A stretch of DNA of 20,855 nt from an uncultured virus (IMG/VR IMGVR_UViG_3300037466_002257) (taxonomy: Duplodnaviria; Heunggongvirae; Uroviricota; Caudoviricetes): IMG/VR virus record IMGVR_UViG_3300037466_002257; one strand, 5' to 3'. Every line of letters begins with the position of its first letter. Position 1 is the first letter of the stretch. The position numbers were made by a program, and so were the translations under genes. The notes below the pieces were generated by a model. That model was not told the DNA's origin, made no database searches, and saw nothing but the letters and a program-made list of their open reading frames with translations. Shown piece by piece: positions 8,598-15,202 of this stretch.

Positions 8598-8643
8598 TGA
8601 CAGGATTGCACACTATTTGGGAATAGTGTGCAAGGTCTGTCAA
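8598..8643. promoter_or_regulatory. AT-rich palindromic operator/promoter-like site
   Basis: TTGCACACTATT-TGGG-AATAGTGTGCAA (8606-8633) flanked by TGACAG/CTGTCA; minus-strand TTGACA at 8638-8643. Confidence 0.7.
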
Positions 8644-8650
8644 CCCGTTG

Positions 8651-9961
8651 TTACTTGGAGCCGTACTGGGCCAGTGCGTCGAGTACGGTCTGCTGCGTCG
8701 GGCTGCCAAGGTGGCCGAACCAGCGGTTCTCCCGCACCTCGCGCAGCGCCTCGGCCAGCGTGTCGGCCATCGCCTCGTGCGTGGCGCCGGACGGCTGCAT
8801 GTGCAGCGTGCGCCACACGCGCTTGCGGAAGTCGCGGAACCAATCGACCAGGTCGGCGCCGTTGATCGGCACGTCGTTCTCGAAGTCGCCCGCCTTGTAC
8901 TCGCCCAGCTCGCGCAGCAGCGCAAGCGGGTCCTCGGGCTCGCTTGCGGCCCGCAGCATGTCGTGCCGCTGGCATGTCTGCATGACCTGCCGCGCCAGCT
9001 CCGCTTCCAGCTCGCTCACGCGGTCGGCGTACTCGGTGCCCAGGTTGCCCAGCACGCCGTCGGCCCAGGCACGCAGGTCCTGCGGCGTCAGGTCATCGGG
9101 CTCGTCCTCGACGTGCGGCGTGCTGACGGTCTCCTCGGGGCCGTCGATGCCGTAGTAGCCTTCCGCGAGGTCGTCGGGGTCGATCTCGCCGCCATTGGCG
9201 AGATAGCCCTCGGCCGCCTTGCGCGTCTTGAAGCGGGCGAGGACCTGCTGCCTCGCATCGCCGGACCGGGCGTGGGTCACGACGTAGGGCAGGTCCTGCG
9301 TCGGCTCCTCGCGCGGCCACACCCGCATGTCGGGGTTGGCGACCTTGTTGGTCCGCTCCTCGTCCAGCCGCAAGGCGGTGCGCCCGAGCGTGCGGCCGAA
9401 GTCGTAGGTGTCGATCAGCGGGTGATCGAAGTGCGTCGTCACGTCGCTCATGCACTCCATCATGCCGAGCGTGAAGGCGCGCATCAGGGCGTCCTGCGTC
9501 GGCTGCTTCGGCCGCGAGGCCGTCGGATCGTAGGCGAGGCCGCGTGCCGCCTGCATGCTCGCTGCGATGAGCTGCGAGGCTGTCGGCACGACGGTGTCGA
9601 TCTGCATCGCGTTGAGCGCGTCGCACACGCCTTGCGCCACGGCCCGCACCCCGTATTCGAGGAGCGCGTCGCTCGCCTTGACGAAGAATTGCTCCTGCCT
9701 GTCGTAGATGCGGTACGGCGGGTAGCGGCCGATCTTCGGGTCGCTGTCCCACACGCGGGTCTCGAAGTCCGTGGACGTGGCGCCGTCCACAACGAAGCGC
9801 GGGGACTGTGGCGCCGACGGAGCCGCTGTCGGGGCGGGCACGTCCTCGATCTGTGTGTTGAACGCGAAGTCGATGCTGCCGTGATCCTCGGCGATCTGCA
9901 CGGCCCGCTCGATGGCCTTGATCTGCTCGTCGGTCTCGGCGGTGAAGATGATGTGTTTCAT
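8651..9961 (-). CDS. Hypothetical multi-module acidic protein (436 aa)
   Basis: Long ORF with high GC3; start behind GAAAGGAACCTC. Confidence 0.9.
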   Translation of the reverse strand: MKHIIFTAETDEQIKAIERAVQIAEDHGSIDFAFNTQIEDVPAPTAAPSAPQSPRFVVDGATSTDFETRVWDSDPKIGRYPPYRIYDRQEQFFVKASDALLEYGVRAVAQGVCDALNAMQIDTVVPTASQLIAASMQAARGLAYDPTASRPKQPTQDALMRAFTLGMMECMSDVTTHFDHPLIDTYDFGRTLGRTALRLDEERTNKVANPDMRVWPREEPTQDLPYVVTHARSGDARQQVLARFKTRKAAEGYLANGGEIDPDDLAEGYYGIDGPEETVSTPHVEDEPDDLTPQDLRAWADGVLGNLGTEYADRVSELEAELARQVMQTCQRHDMLRAASEPEDPLALLRELGEYKAGDFENDVPINGADLVDWFRDFRKRVWRTLHMQPSGATHEAMADTLAEALREVRENRWFGHLGSPTQQTVLDALAQYGSK

Positions 9962-9997
9962 GAGGTTCCTTTCTGGCCCGTCGCGGGCCGTTGGTTG

Positions 9998-10306
9998 TCA
10001 CACGGTCTTGAGGTATTCGAGGACGATCAGCAGCGGGCCGCTCGTGCTGGCCGTGCGGCGCACCTGCTCGTAGAAGCGCTCGCGGTCCTCGGCGCGATTG
10101 AGCGACAGGAAGCGCAGCACGGTCATCACTTCACCTGACAGCAACTTCGGCGCTGTCGGGGCGGGCAGCGCAAGGGCGGCCTTGGCCTCTTGCGCCAGCG
10201 CGTCCAGGGCACGTCGCTCCTCACCGTCGTGCGCCGTCGCAGCCTTGTGCACAACGTCACCGGCCAGGTAGGTGAGCGCGATCAGGCGGTCTTGGGTGGG
10301 CGGCAT
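9998..10306 (-). CDS. Hypothetical protein (102 aa)
   Basis: GGAGG RBS; fits the tiling. Confidence 0.8.
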   Translation of the reverse strand: MPPTQDRLIALTYLAGDVVHKAATAHDGEERRALDALAQEAKAALALPAPTAPKLLSGEVMTVLRFLSLNRAEDRERFYEQVRRTASTSGPLLIVLEYLKTV

Positions 10307-10307
10307 G

Positions 10308-10514
10308 TCAGGCCTCCAGCTTCACGCAGCCCACGCGGTTGCCGTTCACGTCGTGCAGCGAGAAGCTGTCGCCCGGCTCCAGGTGGAACTTGTCGCGTTC
10401 CCACGCATCGCGCAGGATGCGCTCGACCTCGAAGCCTCGCGAGTAGGCGTTGGCCTCGCCGTCGCTGTCGTAGAAGGCGGCGTTGTCGCACTCGATCTCG
10501 ATGGTCAGTTTCAT
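10308..10514 (-). CDS. Conserved-looking small phage protein (68 aa; DNAAF...EVERIL...DVNGNRVG)
   Basis: AAGGAG RBS; recurrent phage-hypothetical motif pattern. Confidence 0.85.
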   Translation of the reverse strand: MKLTIEIECDNAAFYDSDGEANAYSRGFEVERILRDAWERDKFHLEPGDSFSLHDVNGNRVGCVKLEA

Positions 10515-10518
10515 GGTC

Positions 10519-10863
10519 TCACTCCTTCACAAGTTCGTCAGGTACGTCCACCTCGTCGCCCAGCTTGGAGGCGACGAAGCAGCGCATGGCGGCGATCAGG
10601 GGCGTGGGGCCAGTCTGCCTGTGCTCGTCATGCTCACCAAGATAGGCAGTCCATACGTCGTCGCCGCTGGACTGCCACACGAGGTCGATCTTCTCGCGCT
10701 CGATGATCGGGCCGCCTTGGGACCACCACGTCGAGAACTCGCCCCAAAGCTCGTCCGCGTAATGCTCGGTGCCTCCCTTCAAGTCGCTGCTGCCCTCGTC
10801 CAGACTTTGCAGCACCGCCCGGTCGAGCGCGGCGCCGGTGAGTTCGCTGGTCTTGATCTTCAT
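10519..10863 (-). CDS. NinX/DUF2591-like phage protein, second paralog
   Basis: KTSELTGAALDRAV, WSQGGPIIEREKI and GPTPLIAAMRCFVASKLGDEVDVP motifs. Confidence 0.85.
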   Translation of the reverse strand: MKIKTSELTGAALDRAVLQSLDEGSSDLKGGTEHYADELWGEFSTWWSQGGPIIEREKIDLVWQSSGDDVWTAYLGEHDEHRQTGPTPLIAAMRCFVASKLGDEVDVPDELVKE

Positions 10864-11069
10864 GGTCTCACCTCGTATTGACGTTTCGGGTTGATGCTCT
10901 TGAACGTCGCAGCCGCGCTGCGTGCGTCTTCGAGCGTGGCGTAGGGCGCAACCCGCTCCCACGCGCCCCATTCGGTGCGCTCGGAGAAGTTGCAGCCGTC
11001 GTAGCAGCGGCGTTGCGGGTCGGTGTTGATCGTGATGCGCTGGCGCACCCACACTTCGGGGTGTGTCAT
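10860..11069 (-). CDS. Hypothetical phage protein (69 aa; NTDPQRRCYDGC)
   Basis: Start behind the consensus RBS motif. Confidence 0.85.
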   Translation of the reverse strand: MTHPEVWVRQRITINTDPQRRCYDGCNFSERTEWGAWERVAPYATLEDARSAAATFKSINPKRQYEVRP

Positions 11070-11082
11070 GTCGAAGTTCCTT

Positions 11083-11232
11083 TCAGCGCGGCATGCGCGG
11101 CTTGACCAGCGGCCGGAATGTGACCGCGTAGCCGTTGTTGACGAAGACCTCCTGCCACTGCATGCGGCCCTCGTTGCGGGCGACCCAGGCCTGCATCGCC
11201 TCGCGGGTCTTGAACGTCTTGACTTCCCACAT
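11083..11232 (-). CDS. Hypothetical protein (49 aa, MWEVKTFKTREAMQAW...), absent from the ORF track
   Basis: Hand translation; AAGGAG RBS; fills the gap exactly. Confidence 0.8.
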   Translation of the reverse strand: MWEVKTFKTREAMQAWVARNEGRMQWQEVFVNNGYAVTFRPLVKPRMPR

Positions 11233-11236
11233 GGCG

Positions 11237-11452
11237 TCACTCCTTCAGGGTCCAGTGCTCTTGCGAGCATTCGTTGAGAATTTCGGCCTGCTCCTCGGGC
11301 GGCAGCCGGGCGATGGTGGAGGCAAGCAGCGAAGCGAGGATGTACGTCGCGTCGCCCTCCTCGGTCACGGCACGCACGGCGCCGTCGATGTTGAAGCTGC
11401 CCTGCTTGTGCGGCCTGTGGTCGCGCAGGAACTGCGCATGATTCATCGGCAT
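11237..11452 (-). CDS. Hypothetical protein (71 aa)
   Basis: AAGGAAGG RBS; fits the tiling. Confidence 0.75.
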   Translation of the reverse strand: MPMNHAQFLRDHRPHKQGSFNIDGAVRAVTEEGDATYILASLLASTIARLPPEEQAEILNECSQEHWTLKE

Positions 11453-11453
11453 G

Positions 11454-11750
11454 TCAGTACCCTTCCTTCTCGGCCCATTCGGTGATCTGCGCGATGTGGT
11501 CGGCCTCCACCACATGCTCGCGCTCGAACGTGTCGGTCAGCACGCCCGTGTCCTGCAAGCACGCAAGGCTGGCGTGCTTGTGCGGCTTGCTTTTGAGGAA
11601 CGTGACGTGGCACTCGCTGCGCGGCTCGTCGCCCCGGCACTCCCACGTCTCCAGCTCGACGCGGTAGGTGCGCGTCGGCGTGAAGGCGAAGACGGCTTCC
11701 ACCTTGCGCCTGCCGTCGCGTGCCGTGTCGGATGTGATGCGCGGCGTCAT
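11454..11750 (-). CDS. Hypothetical protein (98 aa, MTPRITSD...)
   Basis: ATGA overlap with the upstream 34-aa ORF; GGAG RBS. Confidence 0.75.
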   Translation of the reverse strand: MTPRITSDTARDGRRKVEAVFAFTPTRTYRVELETWECRGDEPRSECHVTFLKSKPHKHASLACLQDTGVLTDTFEREHVVEADHIAQITEWAEKEGY

Positions 11751-11851
11751 ACGTGGCAGCTCCAGTGTGTGAATATCCAGCTCGCGACGATCGAGCCCCA
11801 AATGCAGCCAGCAGCGAACGCGATCTGCGGGATGTAGTTGCGCCATTTCAT
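11747..11851 (-). CDS. Small single-TM peptide (34 aa, MKWRNYIPQIAFAAGCIWGSIVASWIFTHWSCHV), absent from the ORF track
   Basis: AGGAG RBS; ATGA overlaps at both ends. Confidence 0.7.
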   Translation of the reverse strand: MKWRNYIPQIAFAAGCIWGSIVASWIFTHWSCHV

Positions 11852-12084
11852 GGCTTTTCTCCTGCCGCCCACGGGGCGGGCGCTTGCTGGTGGGCGAGGG
11901 CCGCAAGGTCCTCGGTCGTGGCGTCGCGCCAGAGCGTGCTGCGCGGGCTTGCCTCGGTGTCGAGGTTCGGCACCTCGACTTGCAGCACGAGGTAGGTGCG
12001 GCTTACGAGCAAGCCGTCGCGCACGGTCACGGTGCGCAGGCGGGTGCGCCCGGTCGGGTCGTAGAGAGGGTCGCGCGTTGCCAT
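11848..12084 (-). CDS. Hypothetical phage protein (78 aa; LVLQVEV...WRDATTEDL)
   Basis: GAGGAAGG RBS; fits the tiling. Confidence 0.8.
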   Translation of the reverse strand: MATRDPLYDPTGRTRLRTVTVRDGLLVSRTYLVLQVEVPNLDTEASPRSTLWRDATTEDLAALAHQQAPAPWAAGEKP

Positions 12085-12085
12085 G

Positions 12086-12301
12086 TCAGGCCTTCCTCGT
12101 GCCTCGGTGCACGCGCAGCTCGCCCGTGGTCAGGCTCATGCTGATGCGCGGCTCGACGAACGGCGCATGCTTGCGCCCCTTGTTCGGCCCGCTCGGGCAG
12201 GTCGTGTTGTTGCCGCGATCTCGCCACTCGCCCTTGCGGTACGGGGCGAAGCCTTCGATGTCCTGCCCGCAGTGGCGGCAGGTCGTCTGTCTGACGTTCA
12301 T
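12086..12301 (-). CDS. Small putative zinc-binding protein (71 aa; CRHC...C...H)
   Basis: GAAAGG RBS; Cys/His pattern. Confidence 0.8.
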   Translation of the reverse strand: MNVRQTTCRHCGQDIEGFAPYRKGEWRDRGNNTTCPSGPNKGRKHAPFVEPRISMSLTTGELRVHRGTRKA

Positions 12302-12312
12302 GGCAGGGCCTT

Positions 12313-12600
12313 TCAGGAATGGAACTCGAACGCGGCGCCCGGCTGGCGCTGGATGCAGCCGAGGGTCAGGGCCGCCCCGGTGTGGTAGTGGATGCGCACG
12401 ATCCATTCGAGCCAGCCGGGGTGCTTCCAGGCGGGCGCATCGGCCGCCACGCGCTCTTGCGGGTACACGTCGATCACCTTGGCCTGCGGGATGTGCAGCG
12501 CAAGGCGGGCGAGGACGGCGGCCAGCATGCCCGCGTCCAGCTCCCAGCCGTGCACGTTGTGCACGGTGAGCGTGCAGGTCTTGTCTTCGGGTGTGGTCAT
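12313..12600 (-). CDS. Hypothetical protein (95 aa, MTTPEDKT...)
   Basis: AGAAAGGA RBS before ATG 12600. Confidence 0.8.
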   Translation of the reverse strand: MTTPEDKTCTLTVHNVHGWELDAGMLAAVLARLALHIPQAKVIDVYPQERVAADAPAWKHPGWLEWIVRIHYHTGAALTLGCIQRQPGAAFEFHS

Positions 12601-12859
12601 GGCAAAGGTCCTTTCTGCGCGGTGTCTCGCGCGTTGGTGCCCCGACGGCGTCTTTGCCGGTGGCGCTGTCGGGCGGGAGGCGAGGTTACAGGCGGGCGAG
12701 CTGGGCCAGCACCTCGCTGGCCGTGAGCACGCCGGGGAAGGGCTTGGCGGCCCGCTGGCGCGGCTTTCGGGGCCGGGGCGCGGGGGCAGGTGCTTGGAGG
12801 CGGCCGGAGCGCACCACGCGGCCCCTGTGCGGCCCGCTGGCGGGTGCCTGGTTCGGGGC

Positions 12860-12948
12860 CGCTGTCGGGGACTGGCCCGCTGTCGGGGACTGGCCCTTGC
12901 CCTTGCCCGTAGACGCTGTCGGGGACATGAACGCTGTCGGGGACAGCG
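12860..12948 (+). repeat. Four copies of CGCTGTCGGGGAC spaced 18/36/18 bp
   Basis: Copies start at 12860, 12878, 12914 and 12932; the last is part of the palindrome CGCTGTC-GGG-GACAGCG. Confidence 0.9.
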
Positions 12949-13319
12949 CGAACCAAATGTTGGAAGTTGAACCTTGGGAGTACACGGTAATACCTTTTTC
13001 AAGACACGATTTTTCTTTATGCAGAAAATCGCGAGATTTGCGGGCGCTTCAGATCGAAAAGCGCATGAGCAGCCACAGGCAGCCAGAGGCAGCCCTCAAA
13101 CGGCGACTTGGTGAAATACCGGAGCTGAAATCCGGGGAAGGGGGGTACTAGGTCCAGAGAACACGAAAAAATCGCACTTTTAGAACGCGTTTTTTCTGCG
13201 ATTTCCCCGTAGACCGCGCTTTTTCCCCCAACATGGGTATTTCGAGTATTCAGGGTATGAAGGCTGTCTGTGGCTGCTTGGGACTGCCTTGCGGTTGCAG
13301 AATCTAACAAACCCCGCGC

Positions 13320-13332
13320 TAAGTCGTTGATT
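13320..13332 (-). promoter_or_regulatory. IHF-binding consensus
   Basis: AATCAACGACTTA matches WATCAANNNNTTR, inside an AT-rich non-coding tract. Confidence 0.55.
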
Positions 13333-13412
13333 CGCTCGTACATTAAGTTGCAGAAGCAACACTTTTTACAAGTCGGTAATACTCGGGGTTCAAATGAGTA
13401 CTTCTGGCTGCG

Positions 13413-13482
13413 TCGCTCATTTCAGACCCAGGCAGCTTGCGGGGCCTGAAATGGGCGAACCACGAGGTCGCGCGTGGTTCGC
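13413..13482 (-). promoter_or_regulatory. Overlapping double hairpin
   Basis: 10-bp stem 13455-13482 shares 4 nt with a stem of about 17 bp at 13413-13458. Confidence 0.65.
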
Positions 13483-13496
13483 AAGACCGCCTTATA

Positions 13497-13570
13497 GACT
13501 GACCGGTCAGTCATTAACTCGCGTTGCTGACCGGTTGGTCATTAACTCGTGCTGCTGACCGGTCGGTCAC
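13497..13570. repeat. 28-bp tandem repeat (about 2.6 units) with palindromic core CTGACCGGTYRGTCA
   Basis: Units at 13499, 13527 and 13555; GACTGACCGGTCAGTC (13497-13512) is a perfect 16-bp palindrome. Confidence 0.9.
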
Positions 13571-13723
13571 TACGGTCACGACGGCCCGACCGGGTCGGGT
13601 GTGCGTCGCCCTGTAGCGGGACGGCCTTGCGGCGACGCGCTTCTGCGCCTTGCGCCGGGCCGCCCACTGCTCGTCGATCTCGCGCACGGTCGCCTGGACC
13701 TGCCTGTAGGCGTTCCAGTTCAT
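13514..13723 (-). CDS. Basic hypothetical protein (69 aa); 3' end runs through the tandem repeat
   Basis: GAAAGGGG RBS; ATGA overlap. Confidence 0.65.
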   Translation of the reverse strand: MNWNAYRQVQATVREIDEQWAARRKAQKRVAARPSRYRATHTRPGRAVVTVVTDRSAARVNDQPVSNAS

Positions 13724-13860
13724 GAGCGCCCCTTTCCGGCCTCCCAGCGGGCTTCCTGCCGGTACAGGCCCACAGCCAGCCCGATCATGGCCGCGACGAA
13801 CAGGGCGAGGGCGAGCATCTGTGGCCCGTACCAGAGGGCTTCGACAATCCAGCGGCTCAT
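13720..13860 (-). CDS. Small membrane protein (46 aa, MSRWIVEALW...)
   Basis: GAGGTG RBS; ATGA overlaps; one TM segment. Confidence 0.75.
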   Translation of the reverse strand: MSRWIVEALWYGPQMLALALFVAAMIGLAVGLYRQEARWEAGKGRS

Positions 13861-14126
13861 GCCGTCACCTCGATGCACTGCGGCGCCGTCGGGACGTGCT
13901 CGAACACGTCGCCGGGCACGTAGGTGTAGGTGGTCACGACCTTGCCGAAGTCGGCTCGCTCGTCGGCCTCGCACTCGGCGATGAAGATGGCCGCCTCTTC
14001 GGCCGTGAGGCCTTCGGTGCCGGTCATGCGCTCGCCGGAGCGCAGGTACAGGCTGTCGTTGTTGTGGCCGATGGCGTGCACGTAGGCCGGGCCGTTGTTC
14101 GGCTCGATGCGGGGATTGAGCTTCAT
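13857..14126 (-). CDS. Hypothetical protein (89 aa, MKLNPRIE...)
   Basis: Consensus RBS motif. Confidence 0.85.
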   Translation of the reverse strand: MKLNPRIEPNNGPAYVHAIGHNNDSLYLRSGERMTGTEGLTAEEAAIFIAECEADERADFGKVVTTYTYVPGDVFEHVPTAPQCIEVTA

Positions 14127-14466
14127 GTCGAAGTTCCTTTCTGTCCTGCGTGGGACGGGGTTGATGGATCAGCGGTAGCCGCGTGCTTGGTAGTTGTGGC
14201 CGAAGCGCCGCTCTTTGTCCGCGTACAGTGCGACGCTGGCCTGCATCGCGCTCAGCCGGTTGTGCTCGCGACACCACTCGACGAGCTGCTCGCGCGTCTT
14301 GTACTGGCACGAGGACATGTAGGCGGGCTTGCCCCAGCACTTGAACTCCGCGAGCGTGCCGTCGCTCATCTCGCACAGCAGGGTGCCCTGCACCCACTCG
14401 ACAGCCATCGAAACGATGTTGAGCTTCACGGAAGTTCCTTTCTGTCCTGCGTGGGACGTGGGTTGA
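14116..14466. repeat. Direct repeat of about 48 bp covering leader, RBS and first codons of two adjacent genes
   Basis: 14130-14157 is identical to 14431-14458 (28 bp); TTGAGCTTCA and GGTTGA flanks are also shared. Confidence 0.95.
14169..14429 (-). CDS. Hypothetical protein (86 aa, GTG start, MKLNIVSM...)
   Basis: GTG directly behind GAAAGGAACTTCC. Confidence 0.8.
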   Translation of the reverse strand: MKLNIVSMAVEWVQGTLLCEMSDGTLAEFKCWGKPAYMSSCQYKTREQLVEWCREHNRLSAMQASVALYADKERRFGHNYQARGYR

Positions 14467-14470
14467 ACAC

Positions 14471-14504
14471 TCAGGCATGCACCGGCTCGCGGTGCATGCG
14501 CTGA
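14471..14504. promoter_or_regulatory. Intergenic hairpin
   Basis: GCATGCACCG-N5-CGGTGCATGC (14475-14499) flanked by TCAG/CTGA; no U-tract. Confidence 0.6.
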
Positions 14505-14508
14505 AGGC

Positions 14509-14688
14509 TCAAGGGCGCTGCGACACCATTTCGAAACCGGCCGCCTCCAGTTTGTCCCACGTTTCGCGGGCATATCCGAGGGCGAAGGCGCGGCCTTCGG
14601 GCGTGCGGGACCAGACATGGTCTCCACCGCCGATTACGGTGGAGAGGGCGCCGCTGGTGTGCGGCAGGCGAAACCAGATGGTGTGCAT
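14509..14688 (-). CDS. Hypothetical protein (59 aa, MHTIWFRLPH...), absent from the ORF track
   Basis: Hand translation; GAAAGGAACTCCATC RBS. Confidence 0.8.
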   Translation of the reverse strand: MHTIWFRLPHTSGALSTVIGGGDHVWSRTPEGRAFALGYARETWDKLEAAGFEMVSQRP

Positions 14689-14728
14689 GATGGAGTTCCT
14701 TTCGAAGTTCAGCGGTCGCGGGTGCTTG

Positions 14729-15076
14729 TCACTTCACCATGTTCAGGAGGCTCACGCCCACGACGGCGGTCGCGAAGGCGGTCCACAGGCCGAGCCAGTC
14801 GAGCGACAGCGTCAGGCGCCTGTACTTCACGAGCAGGGCTGCACGCTCGTGCCGGAAGCCGTGATACGGGCTGTAGTGGCTGCGCCGCATCTCCAGCCAC
14901 GCGCCGACCATCAGGGCGAGCAGGGCGCCGATGCCGGGTGCCATGCCCACGAGGAACAGGGCGAAGACGTTGGTGCTCGCGCCGATGAATCCGCCGAGCA
15001 TGGTGAGCACGAACACGTAGGCCAGGATGCGCAGGCTGTGGCGCTCGCAAGCGCGGTAGGCGTGAAAGACGTTCAT
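14729..15076 (-). CDS. Membrane protein (115 aa, about 3 TM segments)
   Basis: Hydrophobic stretches; GAAAGGAACTTTCAAC RBS. Confidence 0.85.
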   Translation of the reverse strand: MNVFHAYRACERHSLRILAYVFVLTMLGGFIGASTNVFALFLVGMAPGIGALLALMVGAWLEMRRSHYSPYHGFRHERAALLVKYRRLTLSLDWLGLWTAFATAVVGVSLLNMVK

Positions 15077-15097
15077 GTTGAAAGTTCCTTTCGTGGT

Positions 15098-15199
15098 TCA
15101 GCGGATGGCAGCGAGCAGGCCGGTTGCGGCCAGGGTGAGCATCACGGCGGTCGCGGCCAGCATGAGATCGAAGAGGTTCACGTTGCGGGTGAGGTTCAT
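15098..15199 (-). CDS. Small single-TM peptide (33 aa, MNLTRNVNLFDLMLAATAVMLTLAATGLLAAIR), absent from the ORF track
   Basis: AGAAAG RBS; stop abuts the next RBS. Confidence 0.7.
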   Translation of the reverse strand: MNLTRNVNLFDLMLAATAVMLTLAATGLLAAIR

Positions 15200-15202
15200 G
15201 AT

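Larger units (their letters stand above)
122..15092 (-). repeat. Dispersed start-associated motif GAAAGGAACTTC (consensus AGAAAGGAACTTCGACATG)
   Basis: Exact 12-mers at 122-133, 2906-2917, 3419-3430, 7124-7135, 11073-11084, 14130-14141, 14431-14442; one-change variants at 3959, 4524, 5365, 9962, 14692, 15080; each lies 0-4 nt before a start codon. Confidence 0.95.

Noticed and set aside
11454..11846. Longer 130-aa version of the 11454 gene starting MAQLHP
   Set aside because: The 34-aa plus 98-aa two-gene model has better RBS spacing and ATGA coupling at both junctions
12686..13343. ORFs 12686-12985 and 13017-13343 on the minus strand
   Set aside because: No clear RBS, low-complexity or atypical codon usage, and overlap with repeat/AT-rich signals; 12686-12928 cannot be fully excluded because the repeat period is a multiple of 3
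13499..13580. 28-bp repeats as a CRISPR array
   Set aside because: The units are contiguous with no unique spacers, and no cas genes are present
122..14442. GAAGTTCCTTTC resembles the FRT half-site GAAGTTCCTATTC
   Set aside because: It never occurs as an inverted pair around an 8-bp spacer and always sits at an RBS position, so the resemblance is coincidental
5406..14504. Intergenic hairpins as Rho-independent terminators
   Set aside because: None is followed by a convincing U-tract on the transcribed strand
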